Counted from the first letter of the stretch, positions 1 through 13,122 are shown. The stretch is 64,000 nucleotides of DNA from Azolla caroliniana (GCA_043228905.1 JBHGNT010000012.1:21322913-21386912); one strand, 5' to 3'. Notes: a model not told the origin generated them from the sequence alone. A program made the numbers and translations.

Positions 1-538
1 GCGTATCGAAGCTAACTATGCTGGCTATGATATGAAATTGAAAAATCATGATTTTGGAACTCAGATCGAGTGACATAAAGAAAATAGCCAAGTGTAGAAG
101 GTCGTAGACAAGAGCACGTGAGTAAATGAGAATGTTCATACCTGGCTTGTCTGATATCAGATTTGTGTGTTCAAACATGCGAATCGAATCTAACTACGCT
201 GGCTATGATATGGGTTTGAAAAATCATGATTTTGAAACTCAGATCGAGAGACATGAAAAAAATAGCAAAGTTGAGGAGGTCGTAGACAAGAGCGCGTGAG
301 TAAATGAAAATGTTCATACCTGGCTCGTGTGATATCGGATTTTTGTCTTCAAATCTGCGAATCGTTGCTAATTTCGCTAGCTATGATATGAAAATGAAAA
401 ATTATGATTTTGAAACTCAGATAGAGAGACATGATGAAAATAACAAAGTTGAGGAGTTCGTAGACAAGAGCGCGTGAGTAAATGAAAATGTTCATACCTG
501 GCTCGTGTGAAATTGGATTTTTGTGTTCAAATATGGGA
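1..538. repeat. Tandem satellite, 178-bp monomer, about 3 copies, cut by the window edge
   Basis: (G/A)GCTATGATATG recurs at 23, 201 and 379, a period of exactly 178; CTCAGAT(C/A)GAG, GTAGACAAGAGC and GTTCATACCTGGCT recur in every unit. Confidence 0.93.
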
Positions 539-3500
539 ACGGAAGATCTATTTGCGGCTTGTTCGGATGTGATGGTGAAGATCGGGGATGTCGAGATCGA
601 CCAAAATTTCTTCGTACAAGACGAGGTCTCACATTCCGTGATCCTCGGGCAACCATTTATCACGGCATCACGAATGGAGACGAAGGTGCTAGATAGCGGT
701 GCGACTTTCGCATGAATTCGGAGCCAAAGCGGAGGGAAATCCGTCCAATTCTTAACTGTGCCAGCAAATCATGAAAGGAACAAGAGAGAGCTCTTGTCCC
801 AAACAAGGATGGATTTTTAGAGTGGACTGTTGCGGAGTGGGGAAGTGATAGTCCGAGAAGCCCTGATACCCCACACAGGAAGAAAAATCTCGGAGCAAAA
901 CAAGTACGAATCGGTCCGGATGGGGCATCTATGTACACGGCCATAACCGGAGGAATGAAGAAAGAATACCGAAAAGTAGAGGATAAGTTGTGGTCGGCGT
1001 CAATAATAAAAGAAGACGAAGAAATCGTGGGGGTAGTTGAAGAAGTGTTCTATGGGAACACGCTACAACGGCTTGAAGAGCTTGTGGAGGATAAAAGCCA
1101 AGGAGACCGGGTAGTCCCGGTGGAATCGGTGGAGATGTACGAGATCGTTGCGAAAATGGGGCCAGATGCGCTCCGCAAAGAAGAAGCAATGGTAAGTACG
1201 AAATACAAGACCGTGGAGAAGAAAGTGAAACCGGCCGCGAGACCATTACCCGCCGATAGTGAGCAAAAGAGGAAAGAAGTCTCGGGAGATCCGACACTTC
1301 GGAAGTCCGTGGATATCGGACATGCCTTCACGGATGAGACCCGGAAGAAACTTCGGATTGGTGGACGTGGTTTCCTTTTACAAAATGAAGAAGAATGATT
1401 CCGTGGGATGTTGGAACAACATGGGAAAGCATTTGCATTCACATTAAAGGAGATAGGGTGTGTCGATCCGAAGATAGTGGAGCCGATGGTGATCTTCATG
1501 ATTGACCATGTGCCGTGGAACCTGAAGCCGATTCCGGTGCCACGAGCGCATATTCCCAAAATCATCGACTTGCTCAAGGAGAAGGTGGCGATGGGGATTC
1601 TAGAGCCATCAAACGCTCCGTACTCAAATCGATGGTTTACAGTTCCGAAGAAGAATGGGTCACTCTGATTTATCCAAGACTTGCAACCAGTGAACAAGGT
1701 CACGATCCGGAACTCCAGAGTCCGTCTGATAGTGGACGAATTTGCGGAAGCATTTGCCGGTTGTGCGATATACTCCATCGGAGACCTATACTTGGGGTAT
1801 GACCAATTCCAACTAGCCGTGGAGAGCCGAGACATCACTACCATGAGGACACCGATAGGATTAGTCCAGATGTGTACGCTACCACAAGGCGCGATGAACT
1901 CGGTCGCACATATGATGAATGCAATGAACAAGGTGCTTCGAGACTGCATTCCGGAGATAATGATGCCGTTCCTAGATGACATTCCGATGAAAGGATGCGC
2001 GGTAGAAGAAAAAGATGAAACTATTATGCCAAAAGTTCGTAGTCGACCATATTCGTGATTGCGAGAAAGTGCTTCGAAAGTTAGAAGATGTGCACCTAAC
2101 ACTTTCCGGTGAGAAATAGGCATTCAGGCAAGAAGAAATATTGGTAGTCAGACATCTATGTGGGCCCTACGGCCGAAGACTGTCACCAACCAAGATCGAT
2201 GCGATTCAAGCTATGAAAGAAGTATGTGAGTCACAATCCGAAGTCCGAAGGTTTCTTGGAGCATGTGCATTCTATCACATATGGATTCCGCACTATGCAC
2301 ATATTGCGGACCCACTCTATCACTTGTTGCGGAAGGGTAAGAAGTTCAAACGGAAACTGGAGCATACCAAAGCCATGAAGAAGCTCAAGAAATCACTACG
2401 GAGGGAAAAAGCACTAAAGAAGCTGAACTATGACCGATCGATCATAGTAACGGTTGACACAAGTCCAATTGGAATCGAATGGGTCATCAATCAAGCCGAC
2501 TCGGATGGTTCGCAATATCCGATCCGATTCGGAGCAAAGGTTCTCAACGAAAGGCAATGTGGATATGCACAAGTAAAAAGAGAATTATGGGGAGTCGTGT
2601 CGGATAATGTCTGAGTTTCATGAATTCAATTGGGATGGACATCGAGGAACATGGGCAACTTTTGTGAAAATCAAACAAAAATATTGGTGGAAGAATATGT
2701 ACAAAGATATAGCGGAGTTCACGGAAAGCTATGAGAAGTGTCAAATCTACTCCGGAGTTCGACACCGAGATGAGTTACATCTGACATTCTCACCGACAAT
2801 CAACTTCAAATGGATGGTCGATATTGTAGCCATGCCAACCGGGATCAGACAAAAGAAGTACTTGGTGTTAGCCCGGGAAGATCTCACAAACCAAGTAGAA
2901 GGTCGAGCACTACGAAGGAAAACGTGTTCCGCAGTATGCCAATTTCGGAGAGGTGTTTTGTAGGTATGGGTGCGTAGGACAAGTGACTGCGGATCGGGGA
3001 GAACTTGACTCTGACAAAGCTAGGGGATTCTTCGCCAAACATGGAGTTCGGTTAACACTGGCAACAACATACAATCCGGAAGCCAACGGGAAGATCGAAC
3101 GAGGACATAGTCCGATCGTCAAAGCACTTGCGAAGGCATGCGATGGAAGGGTGAAGGATTGGCCGCAGATGCTTTCGTATGCACTATGGGCGGATCGGAC
3201 GACGCATAGCTTCGTAACCGGTTATATGCCGACATAACTTATGACCGGACAAGCACCGGTAATGCCGACGGAAACCGCAATCGCGACATGGACAATGCTA
3301 CCGTGGAAGGAAGAGATGAGCCGGGAAGAACTACTAGCGGTTTGGATACGACAACTAGAGAGAAGACCGGAAGAAATAACAGAAACAACACGCCAACAAC
3401 AAGAAGCGTGATTCCGGAACAAACGCATGTTCGATACAAAGCACCAACTACGACCGCGGAAGATTGAAGAAGGAGATTGGGTGATTGTCTATGACAGTAG

Positions 3501-3666
3501 TTTGGATCATCAACATACAATGATACGGAAGTTCGCGAAAAGGTGGTTTGGGCCATATGAGGTTCGGAAAGTTTTCGACAACGGAACTTACCGACTATGC
3601 GAGTTGGATGGGACGATACTACGGGTGCCTATAGTGGGGAAACAGGTGAAGATTTTCAAGAAGTGA
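539..3666 (+). pseudogene. pol: Degenerate pol (PR C-terminus, RT, RH, IN) of X1
   Basis: ORF pieces 482-715, 931-1398, 1408-1668, 1681-2058, 2141-2614, 2607-2963, 2953-3237 and 3427-3666 are colinear with the X5 polyprotein; many stops; deletion of the RH/IN linker near 2605. Confidence 0.9.
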
Positions 3667-3876
3667 ATTGACAAAGAACCTTATGTAAGCTTAGACAAGA
3701 CCCGACAACGAGGAGCAATCGGACAAAGATCGCGGTGATGCGGAAAGTGAAGAAAGTGGTCTTCAATTGATAATCGACATATGGGAAGAATCGGAGAGTG
3801 CTACGGATGAAGAGGAACAACGAGCATCGGGAACTTCGGCACATACCGGAGGATGTGCGGGTTTGGAGGGGGCGAG

Positions 3877-4610
3877 TGTCGTAGTGTAATTCGCACACTA
3901 CGTGAAAATTATATTTTTGTCCCTCCGGATGGAATTGGTAAGGAGAATCGGTAAGAACCGGATCAAGTAGAACCGGCAAGAGCCGGATAAAGAAGGCCGG
4001 TGAGAATCTCTCACCGGATGAAGAGACAAATTTGTAAATAGAAGAAAAGATTGTTACATGCATAGGGCAGGATTCGAACCTGTACCTCCATGTTAACGAT
4101 TTTTAAGCCTTACTACTACTAGCATATTATGAATTTTAAAGTTATACTAAACTTTATCCCGTGTAAATATTCTAGATATGCATGGTACAAAAAGTTATTC
4201 ATGCATACACACTTGAGTTAAAAGAAAAGATGGGATAGAAAGCTAATCATTCACATGCAGTGTGCATGAAAACTAAAGTTAGGAAAAGCATGATGCTTGC
4301 ATGTGATAAACTTAGACTCTTCCAACACTATATAAGGAAGAGAGAAAGATGTATAGGGGTTGTTGATTTTTTTTATAGAAGGATTGATTAATACAAAATA
4401 TTTGTGGGATTCACGATTTTACCATCTAATTCTCTCTTACAATCTAATTACCCATTAATACATTATACTCGTGGGATTCAGGAGTTTCATATCTTCTTCT
4501 TACAATCTCTTCCTAACTAACATTATCTCATATTCTTCTTTCTCCTAGTCCAAAACCCCAGCAGTTCCCACCCGACTCACGCAAACGATCTGGCGCTGAA
4601 AGGCACGACA
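3877..4610 (+). repeat. 3' LTR of X1 (734 bp)
   Basis: Starts TGTCGT after the PPT, ends ACGACA; TATA-like CTATATAAG near 4328; right flank resumes the RT of a Tcn1-like element. Confidence 0.88.
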
Positions 4611-5729
4611 ACGCAGAGTCTCCCACTCTAACACCGTTTTGACCTTAGCTGGATCCATGGAGATGCCTTCCAAGGAAATGACATAGCCCAGAAATTCTAC
4701 CTGGTTGCACTCGAAACTACATTTTTCCAACTTTGCATAAAGACCATGTTCTTGAAATCGTTTTAGTACTAACAGTACATGAGAATCATGCTCTTCTTGG
4801 ATCTTCGAATAAACTAGTAGATCATCCAAATAGATGGTCAAACAAACATCCAAGAAATCTCGGAATATATCATTTGCCATGTGCTGGAAGACTGTTGGCG
4901 CATTAGTGAGGCCGAATGGCATGACCGTATACTTGAAGTGCTCATATTTGGTGCAAAATGCGGTCTTCCATTCATCTCCTGGTCGTATTCGTATGAGGTT
5001 ATATGCGCCTCATAAGTTGATCTTTGTGAAGAACCATGCACCATTGATCCGTTCTAAAAGACTTGAGATAAGGGGAAGTGCATACCTATTCCTGATGGTG
5101 ACCTTATTCAAGCCACGATAATCTATGATGACGAAGTGATCCATCCTTTTTCTTGACGAAGAAAACGGGTGCACCGGCTGGAGATTTCGAATGTCGAATG
5201 AAACCATTTGCCAAAATTCCTCTATATAGGTTCGAAGGACTTCTAGCTTGGTTGGTGACAAATTGTAGATTGGTCCCCATGGTGGTTCTTTTCCTGGTTG
5301 TAAATCGATGGGGCAATCATACGGTCGATGGTGAGGAAGCGTATTAGCTTGTACTTTATCGAACACATCAGCATAATGACGATACTTCTCTAGAAGTTGA
5401 ACAATGGACTCCAATTTAGTGGTGTTGGAGGGTTTTACTGATATTGTGAAGAGAAACATTTCTTCCTTGTGTCCTTCCTCATGCAACTGATGTAGCGAAA
5501 TGGTTGCAATCTTATGAGTAGATCCTCGGGTTTGTCGATACTAGATTTCTCTTGGTGTCTAATCTATATCTAGGTTATGTAATTTGAACCATGGTAATCC
5601 CAAAACAATGGGATGTTATGGGATACTAATTATATTAAATGATACTACACACGCTAAATTATCTAGGACAATATTAACGAGCTTTGACTCTTCTATGATA
5701 TTTCCGGAAGCAATGGGACGACCATCAAT
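4611..5729 (-). mobile_element. Tcn1-like chromovirus fragment (PR C-terminus and RT), interrupted by X1
   Basis: ORFs 4545-4922 ([13 protein letters not shown]) and 5010-5486 closely match 21082-22636; homology ends near 5729. Confidence 0.92.
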
Positions 5730-6760
5730 GACCATCAACGCGAACACACAAGCAAGGTTTACACACGAGAGACACAATTTCGAACGCCTTTGTGAAAGTA
5801 GAGGTGCATGGGCAAGCCCGAACGCTCCCTTGCCACAAGTTGCACGAACACACAAGCAAGATTTACACTAACATGCAAGACACGATTTCGAACGCCTTTG
5901 TGAAAGGAGAGGTGCATGGGCAAGCCCGAAACGCTCCCTTGTCACAAGACACACAAAAAAATAAGCACAAATGACAATAACATATAAGATACGTAAGTTT
6001 GAATGCCAAACATTAGTTTGATGATAACGTATAAGACATGTAGGTGAAACCAAACATTAGTTTATTGCTATATAATAGATTCTTTTATAAAATAAGAATC
6101 AATTTTACAATGGGTTTGATATGAATATGAGAGATAATTTATAAAGGAAGGGGGAAGAGAGGTGGAGGAAAGAAGAGAGTGGAATATAGAAGAAGGTGAT
6201 TCTTTGTTGATGATGCCTCTAGATTTTGTTGATCCTTCTTCTTTTGCCTTCTAATTGAGTAGAGCTTCTGCGTTCCTTCTCCCTCCCCCCCTTCACTAGA
6301 ATAGGCTCTTATTTATAGGTTTAGGATTGCTTGCCTTTTTCCCCTAAAAAAAAGCTTGTTTATATGAGTTGACTTTTCTTTTCCTCACTATTTCTGTTTT
6401 CTAGCCCCAAATTTCACATGCAAAATATTCTTGGAAAGCTCTTTGGGTTAGCTTTCTTATGCATCTTTTCTTTTCTAATTTGGACATCTGACGAGGAAAT
6501 TATTTATCCATCTTTTTCTCTCCATCTTTTTCTCTACTTTTGTCTACTTTTGAAAACCACCTCTAACTTAATATTCATCATTATTCATTGTAAGGTTCAA
6601 TCCTTTGACCTTTTATTTATAAGGAATTATCTTTGGCAAAATGAAAAAGTATTTTTTTCTACCAATAAAGTTGACTTCACAATACTAGTTTATTTAAACT
6701 ACTATTTTTCTTCTTTTTGAGGATGGTTTCACGCTTTGTGTTAGAAACATTATGACAACG
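5730..6760 (-). mobile_element. Unclassified ~1-kb element with tandem hairpin repeats (copy 1)
   Basis: Two ~110-bp units with core GAGGTGCATGGGCAAGCCCGAA(A)CGCTCCCTTG at about 5741-5950, shared with 35270-35560; minus-strand CCTATAAAT near 6311-6319; ends approximate. Confidence 0.5.
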
Positions 6761-7430
6761 TAATCGAGGCATATAGCCTCCACTCACACGAAACATCCAA
6801 AAATAAGGGTGAACGTAATACACTATTGAGGTATTGACCTCTTATGCATACGACACAAATCACATATCCTTTACATAGAAATTGAGGTATTGACCTCATA
6901 TGCATACGTAACATATGTATGTGAACGTAATACGCAATTGAGGTATTAACCTCGTATGCATACGACACGAATCACATATCAAATATACCTCATACAAATA
7001 TGTCAATGTTTTATACAACCAATTAATTACCACTACAACATCATTGAATCAATGAAAGAAAACACATATTAAATATACATTATTAGATTGGGAGAAAAAA
7101 AGAAAGAAAAAAAAGAAAGAAAGAGTTACCAAAGTTCCTTTGTTGATAGCTATTTGAATCAAGCTTGATCGTACATCGATCGATCACCATCCAACAAGAA
7201 AAAAAACAATCAACAAAAGAAACATTAGAAACATGGCTCGGATACCAATTGTTAGAGCTTAGCTACTAATGTAAGCATATGATAAGGATAAAAGAAGGGT
7301 GTCTAAATAAGAAAGGATAGAGAGAAAGAAGGGTGATCCACCCAACCACCCCCGAGCGAAAGGATTGAGACAGACTCGAGCCTCGATCGGCGTCCCATAC
7401 CACCGTCGTGGCGTCTCCTAACACAACCAA
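6761..7430 (-). mobile_element. 5' UTR, PBS and partial 5' LTR of a tRNA-iMet-primed Gypsy related to the element at 57738-64000
   Basis: Minus-strand TGGTATCCGAGC at 7236-7247 lies 2 nt from the LTR end; 7250-7430 shares TCCACCC.ACCACCCCCGAGC and CGTCCCATACC with the LTR at 57738-58211. Confidence 0.78.
6762..6990. repeat. 56-bp (112-bp higher-order) tandem repeat with GAGGT-ATTG-ACCTC hairpins
   Basis: ATTGAGGTATT(G/A)ACCTC.TATGCATACG at 6825, 6881 and 6937, plus a degenerate copy near 6762; alternate spacers are similar to each other. Confidence 0.8.
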
Positions 7431-8368
7431 CATAGGCATGACGATGATTTGCCCACTTTTGTAGTTGGATGTTACATTCCTGACAACTGGGAGATGCTCG
7501 TTGTCACATTGGGCAACGCCAAACCGGAAGGGAATCATTTATCCCTAGAGATGGTGAAGTCGAGCCTATTAAATGAGGAAGCTCGCTGGAAGGACAAAGA
7601 TTCTGTAACTGACTCGAAGGCCTTAGTCTCAAAATGTGACATGCATTGGGGAAGAGGCTTGAATGAAGTCCCCATAATTGGGAAAAGTTGGGGATGAGGT
7701 CGAAGTCGAGGGGGAGGCCCACCTGCTTCTATTGTGGGAATCCAGGGCACTTCCAAAAGAATTTCCGACACTTCTGGAAAGAGAAACGGGGAGCTGATGG
7801 TGCGGAGCCGAAGAAGTTTCCAAACTGAAAAGGCACCTCAATGATCGTGACAAGTGAGGAGGAGTTGTTGCTTATTAGCGAGCAAAATGAAGTAAACTTT
7901 GTAAGCAATGAAACAACGTGGGTGATCGACTCCGAAGCGTCGTTCCACCTGACCCTTGACTGGAAATGCTTCTCATCATACAAAGCCAGAGATCATGGAT
8001 TCTTGAAGATGGGGAATGACAGAGCATGCAGAATTGTCAGCATAGGAGATGTGTCTTTGTTTGATGACCTCAACCGGGTACAGACTAGTGTTGAAAAATA
8101 TGCGACATGTTTTGGAGGTAAGATTGAATCAGATATCAATCGATCGCCTAAATGATGAAGGCTACACGAGTAGCTTTCAAAACGACACTCTAAAATTCTG
8201 CAATGGAAACATGATCATGGCCCGAGCCCAGAGGACAAATGCATGCTTGACTATGGCGGGAGGAAGTAAATGTGGTAGCCGGGAGAACCGGTGAGTTGTG
8301 GCACAATAGGGTGTGCCACATGAGCGAGACAAGGATGTGGAAGCTTGTTGAGGATAACCTCATTCTGG
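7431..8368 (+). mobile_element. Ty1/Copia (Tnt1/Tork-like) 5' part: gag, zinc knuckle, protease, pre-integrase; degenerate
   Basis: LSLEMVKSSLLNEEAR, CFYCGNPGHF, WVIDSEASFHLT and LWHNRVCHMS motifs; continues at 37210 after the X2 insertion (DNLIP|EVKNV). Confidence 0.88.
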
Positions 8369-11300
8369 TGTCGCGAAGTTTCGCGCGTGTGTGTTACTTG
8401 GGCGGGACTAGGGACTACTGAAGGGATAGAGAAGACCCAAGGTTTGCTTTACGACAATATTACTTCCCAACCCCTTCCCGAGCAAGGGCTCGTTGCCCCT
8501 TTTTGTGAGGTCGGTTGCACAATTAATTGCCTTTGTGTGCACACACATTCCACATGCACATTTGGACCCCCCCTTTCGCCGGTTTTTGCCACTCTTGAGC
8601 ACGCCACATCACGACATCCATCCCCACCAAATGCACATCCTCCGGTATGTGCCAAGAATGGTGGGCTGAGGGTGGTCAATAGTTCATTTCCTCCTCCTCA
8701 TTGACCCCGTGGCTTGTTGTTTGCTCGTCTTTATCTTCATCAAGGTCGTCGAGGTTTGGTTCCCTGTCGTGTCGCTTTTTGAAGATTTTGACCCGCTTCC
8801 CTGCTATTGGTATTGCCACCTTAGTCCCATCAAGTTCAACGAGGTGGTAGGTAGCATTATCGTTTGCACTCGTTAGCACGTATGGCCCGAACCATCGCTT
8901 TGCGAATTTCTGCATCGAGTTATGTTGATTGCCGAGACTGCTATCATACACAATCACCCAGTCTCCTTCTTCGATCTTCTGAGGGCGTAGTCAGTGTGTC
9001 TTGTCAAACCGGGCATTGTTACTTAGCCTAGCCGCTTCTAACCTCTCCTTTGCCAACTCCAAGTCTTCAGGTCTTCTCTCAAGTTGCCTTCTCCTTGTTG
9101 CTAGAAGCTCTTCTCGACTCATCTTGTTTTCCCACGACATCGCTACCCATGACACGATTGTGTCTTCAATGGGCATCACCGGCTTTTGTTCGTACATGAG
9201 TTCAACTGACATGAAACTTGTAACTGAGCTGTGAGTTGTTCTGTCGGCCCACAAGGCATAAGGTAGTAACCGAGGCCAGTTCCCAACTCGCCCATCGCAA
9301 GCTCTTACAATGCCTTTTACGATAGGCCTGTGTCCGCGTTCTATCTTTCCATTAGGCTCCGGGTTATAAGCGGTCGTGAGAGAGAGCTTCACTCCAATTC
9401 ATTCAAAGAGCTCTGTAGCTTCATGAGCGTTCAACTCTCCTCTATCGGCCACTATCTTTCCCACACATCCGTACTGGTAGATGACATCCTCGAGTAAGAA
9501 TTTACACACCCCCATTGTTGTTTTGTTTGCTAAGGCTCGCCCTTCTACCTGTTTTGTTAGGTCTTCTCTTGCTAGCACCAAATATTTCATTTGGCCCACT
9601 TCCATTGGCATCAAAACCAAATCCACCATCCATTTGAAGTGTATGGTGAGTGGGAAGGTCGGGTGCAACTCGTCCCTATGGCGTATGTTGGAGTGTATCT
9701 GGCAGCTTTCACACGTCCCCACAAAATGGGATATCCTTGTACATTCCCGGCCACCAATACTTCTCCTTTAACTTCTCGAATGTTGCCCACGTTCCTCTAT
9801 GGCCCACCCAAGGACTCTCGTGGAACTCAGACACCAATGTTGTTTGGTCCTCTTCCTTTATGACCACTCGTTGTGGCATCCCTATCCTTCTCTTCGGGTG
9901 CCTCTAGAGAAATCCCCCTCGTAGGAAGAACTTGTACACTTTCTTTCGGACTCTCTGTGCTTCCTCCTTCGACCATGAACTATCCACCGTCATTGAGCTT
10001 AAGAACTTGCCAATGTGTAGCCACTCCCCTTCGTATTCACTTTCGTTGAAGGCGTGGAGTACTCGCACATCTCGATCATCTATAGACGCTTGGGTTGTCT
10101 TAAAGAAGTCAAGAGTGACATCGTTGTCTTCAGACACCATGTCGCTTTCGCCCTCGAATGTTGCCCTTGATAGCATATCTGCCATGGCATTGTTCTTCCT
10201 TGAAATATGGCAAATCTCCAGGTTCATGATTTGATGTAAGCAATCCATCTTAGCATAGCTAAGAAAGATGTTGCACATCCCGAAACCATCCCTAGGATTG
10301 GAAGGCAATCCGTCTCTATTACCACCTCTGACCCGATTAGGTAATCTTTATCCACCTTCACTGCGGACACAATACCCCAAAGCTCACATTTTACTTCGGT
10401 GTATCCTCGTTGTCGCTCGCTTACTTGACTCCAAATTGGATGATGTAGCGTGTACCATCCTCTCCTTCTTGGTCGATGATCCATACGATCCCTATCGGAC
10501 TCGTATCTACTATCACGTAGATGGGCATCCCTTCCTTGTATACGGCTTTTCGTAAAGCTAGTGCCGCTACAAACATTCCTTTGAGCCTCTTCATTGCCTT
10601 TGTGTGCTCTTCCTCCCACTTGAACTTCCGCCCTTTCTTGAGTAACCCATACAAGGGCTCGACTAGATGTGGTAGAATGCACAGGCACCAAGAAATCGCC
10701 TCACCTCTGTTTGGGATTTACATTCTTCCCTCATGTCTGTGATGGCGTCCACCTTTGTAGGGGATGGCTTCTATCCGTATGCCTGGCACAAGTGTCCCAC
10801 CACAAGAATCTCCTGTTGGAGGCATCCTAATTTCTCACCTGAGAAGGTCAAGCGTGCATCTTCGAGTCTTTGTAGAACCTTCTCGCAATTGGAGATGTGA
10901 TATGCCACAAAATGTTGTCGTGAAGATTCCGGGCGAAAGTGAGAAACCGGGGAATATCAAAAGAATCGACGGAGTGCACCATGTGCACTTACCCTTGTAA
11001 AAACGTGTGAATAATAGGAGTTAAGTCGGGACAGAGGATCCCATGTAATAAGGGATTTATCCCACATTGTTACGCATCCCTCTCCTTGTTCTATAAAAGG
11101 AAGGGAGCGCCCTTTGTGAAGGGGTTGCCCATTTTGAGTTAGGAGGGTATATCGTTAGATTTAGGTTAGGTAGTTTCTTCTTCTTCTTCTTCGTCGTATG
11201 GGTCGAGAGTTCGTGTCTGTTTAGGGTTTGTTTCTACTTGGTCTCCTATGCAAGACCCCGCTCAGCACAATGAGCCCGACAGCTCCCCCGATTTGCGGCT

Positions 11301-11664
11301 TAGCAACAGACTGTTGTTGTAACCTAACCTACCTTGGTCTGGCTTGAAGCCGGGGATGTATTCTATCCATTGTAATATACATAATCGTATCTTTTTGTGC
11401 ATATTGGTGTATTTAGTGGTGTCGGAAGCACAACCCCTCGCTTCCTGTGCATAAGAGTCGGTGTCGCGCGCACGCTCTCCCTCTCCTTTGTCTCTCTCTC
11501 TCTCTCTCTCTCTCTCTCATGTTCGGTTGCATGTTCGGTGTCGGTTTTCTTGGCATCCCTCTTCTCCCTTGTCCGAGACCCTCATGGTCCCGCCCCTTCT
11601 ACACGCATGCGCGTAATAACGCGACATATTTGGTGAACCCGACGTGAAAGGGCGGCAAGGGAGA

Positions 11665-13122
11665 ATGGAGTTGGAAGAAGACGACTTCGCGCAACTTTTT
11701 GTCAAAGTGGTGAGGGAGTTCGGACGAGCAACAGCAAGACGAGAGTCGGTGCAACAAGCGGTTGAGTGAGTGGTCGAAAGAGTTGGCCGTTTCAACGGGG
11801 ACAAAGTCCCGTTCTACTTGGAAGCCTACAATGCGGAAATGGAGGAGCAAGGCATAGACGAGGCGTTGAGGTTGGGGTTCTTCTGTCGGGTCGTCGCCGT
11901 CCGCATGCACGTGGAAGTGAAGGAGCTCCGAGAAGCTCATAGTTCGTGGGAGGCCTTTGAAGAGGCACTCCTGCAGGCATATGGAGGATGGTGGAAGAGC
12001 CGGGGACGACGCGACTTCGACGAGTGGGTTGCATCGGCGAAGACCCACCGGGGCGCAATGAAGGCGTTCCGAGAATTCGAGCGGCGGCTTGCTCGGCTCC
12101 CGGAGCGGGAACAAGGTTTGGTGGGGGCGGACAAAGTCCTGTTGTTCATTAAGTCGATCGATCGAGCGGAACAGGAGGCCATCGGGATTGAGCTCGAAGA
12201 TGAGGACGGAGGGAATAGCCTTACGTACGACTGGTCGAAGGTCAGAAGGGTATGCCAACGGCTAGATGACGAGCGGGCCAAGAAGGCTAGGAGGAAGGTG
12301 CGCGACGGCGCGCCATCACAGCGGGAAGAGGTCGAACGGCAAAGAGAGTCGGCAAGGCTCGGCTTCGTGGCTAGTATTGCGAAGGCATACGTAGCTCTCA
12401 AGGCAATGCTCGAGGATGAGGAAAGATCGAGGCCGCAAGCCAACGTCGAGGAGACGGACTTGCCCCACAAGATGGCAGAAGATCGGTACGACGGTACCAC
12501 AGGAGAGGGTGCGGAACAAAACGCTCTCTCGGCTTGCGGAGACAGAACGACCAAGGACAAGGTCGAGATACCGATCACAAAATCAGAACGTTGGGACCGG
12601 CGGCTTCGGGCGCATCGGCCTGAAACTCTGGACGTTGGAGAAGCAAGCCCAAGCATGGCTAGCGCGATCGGTAAGAAGACGACCACTGACCACGAGAAGC
12701 CGGTGGCTACAGACAAGGGCGAAAAACGGACAGGCGATTATTCACTTCTTCCCACACTTGCTCCCGAGACGATGGCAGTCGGGCCCGAGTGCCCACGTGA
12801 GTCCGAAGAGGAGGAAGGTGGTGGCGTGAGACTGAGAATCACCGGCGAGACGATACGGGGAAGGAACGAACAAGAACCCTCGGAACCGATTCCGAAGAAC
12901 TCGACATTCGGGCCCGTACTCCCATGTGAGACCGAGGAGATGGATGACTGTATCGAGGAGTCCTTGCACGATGCCAGCGAAGATGGATGGGAAGTGGCCC
13001 ACGAGAAGGTCGACGAAGAGACCATGAGACGACCCGAACGGGGACCGAACCACGCGCCATTCCGATTTGGGTGGAGCACGATCTGGTCGTGGATTGTTCG
13101 ACCTGGGCCAGAATCGGCATGA
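11665..13122 (+). CDS. gag: Gag-like protein with long charged tail (one internal TGA at 11767)
   Basis: ATG at 11665 is in frame with ORF 11770-13122; N-terminus (RFNGDKVPFYLEAYNAEM, KVLLFIKSID) is homologous to X gag (WFNGRDSTSYLDAYEAEM, KVLLFIKVVD). Confidence 0.8.

Larger units (their letters stand above)
539..4610 (+). mobile_element. Ty3/Gypsy family X copy X1, 5'-truncated within the protease, with 3' LTR
   Basis: Fragmented PR, RT (PFLDDIPMKG), RNase H and integrase (PEANGKIERG, KRWFGPY) homologous to 53252-57711; G-rich PPT at about 3865-3876; LTR TGTCGT...ACGACA. Confidence 0.93.

Noticed and set aside
1-538. Homology to Arabidopsis CEN178
   Set aside because: Only the monomer length matches; I recognise no sequence similarity.
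1050-2123. Long antisense ORFs (also 11937-12716, 44176-45000, 56025-56819)
   Set aside because: They are shadows of the gag/pol frames on the opposite strand, with no independent motifs.
6418-6720. Small hydrophobic ORFs as host membrane proteins (also 36734-37042, 35673-36122)
   Set aside because: They arise from T-rich or CTT-rich low-complexity DNA inside transposon sequence.
6762-6990. CRISPR-like array of ~28-bp palindromic repeats and ~28-bp spacers
   Set aside because: Spacers alternate between two related sequences, the context is a eukaryotic retrotransposon UTR and there are no cas genes.
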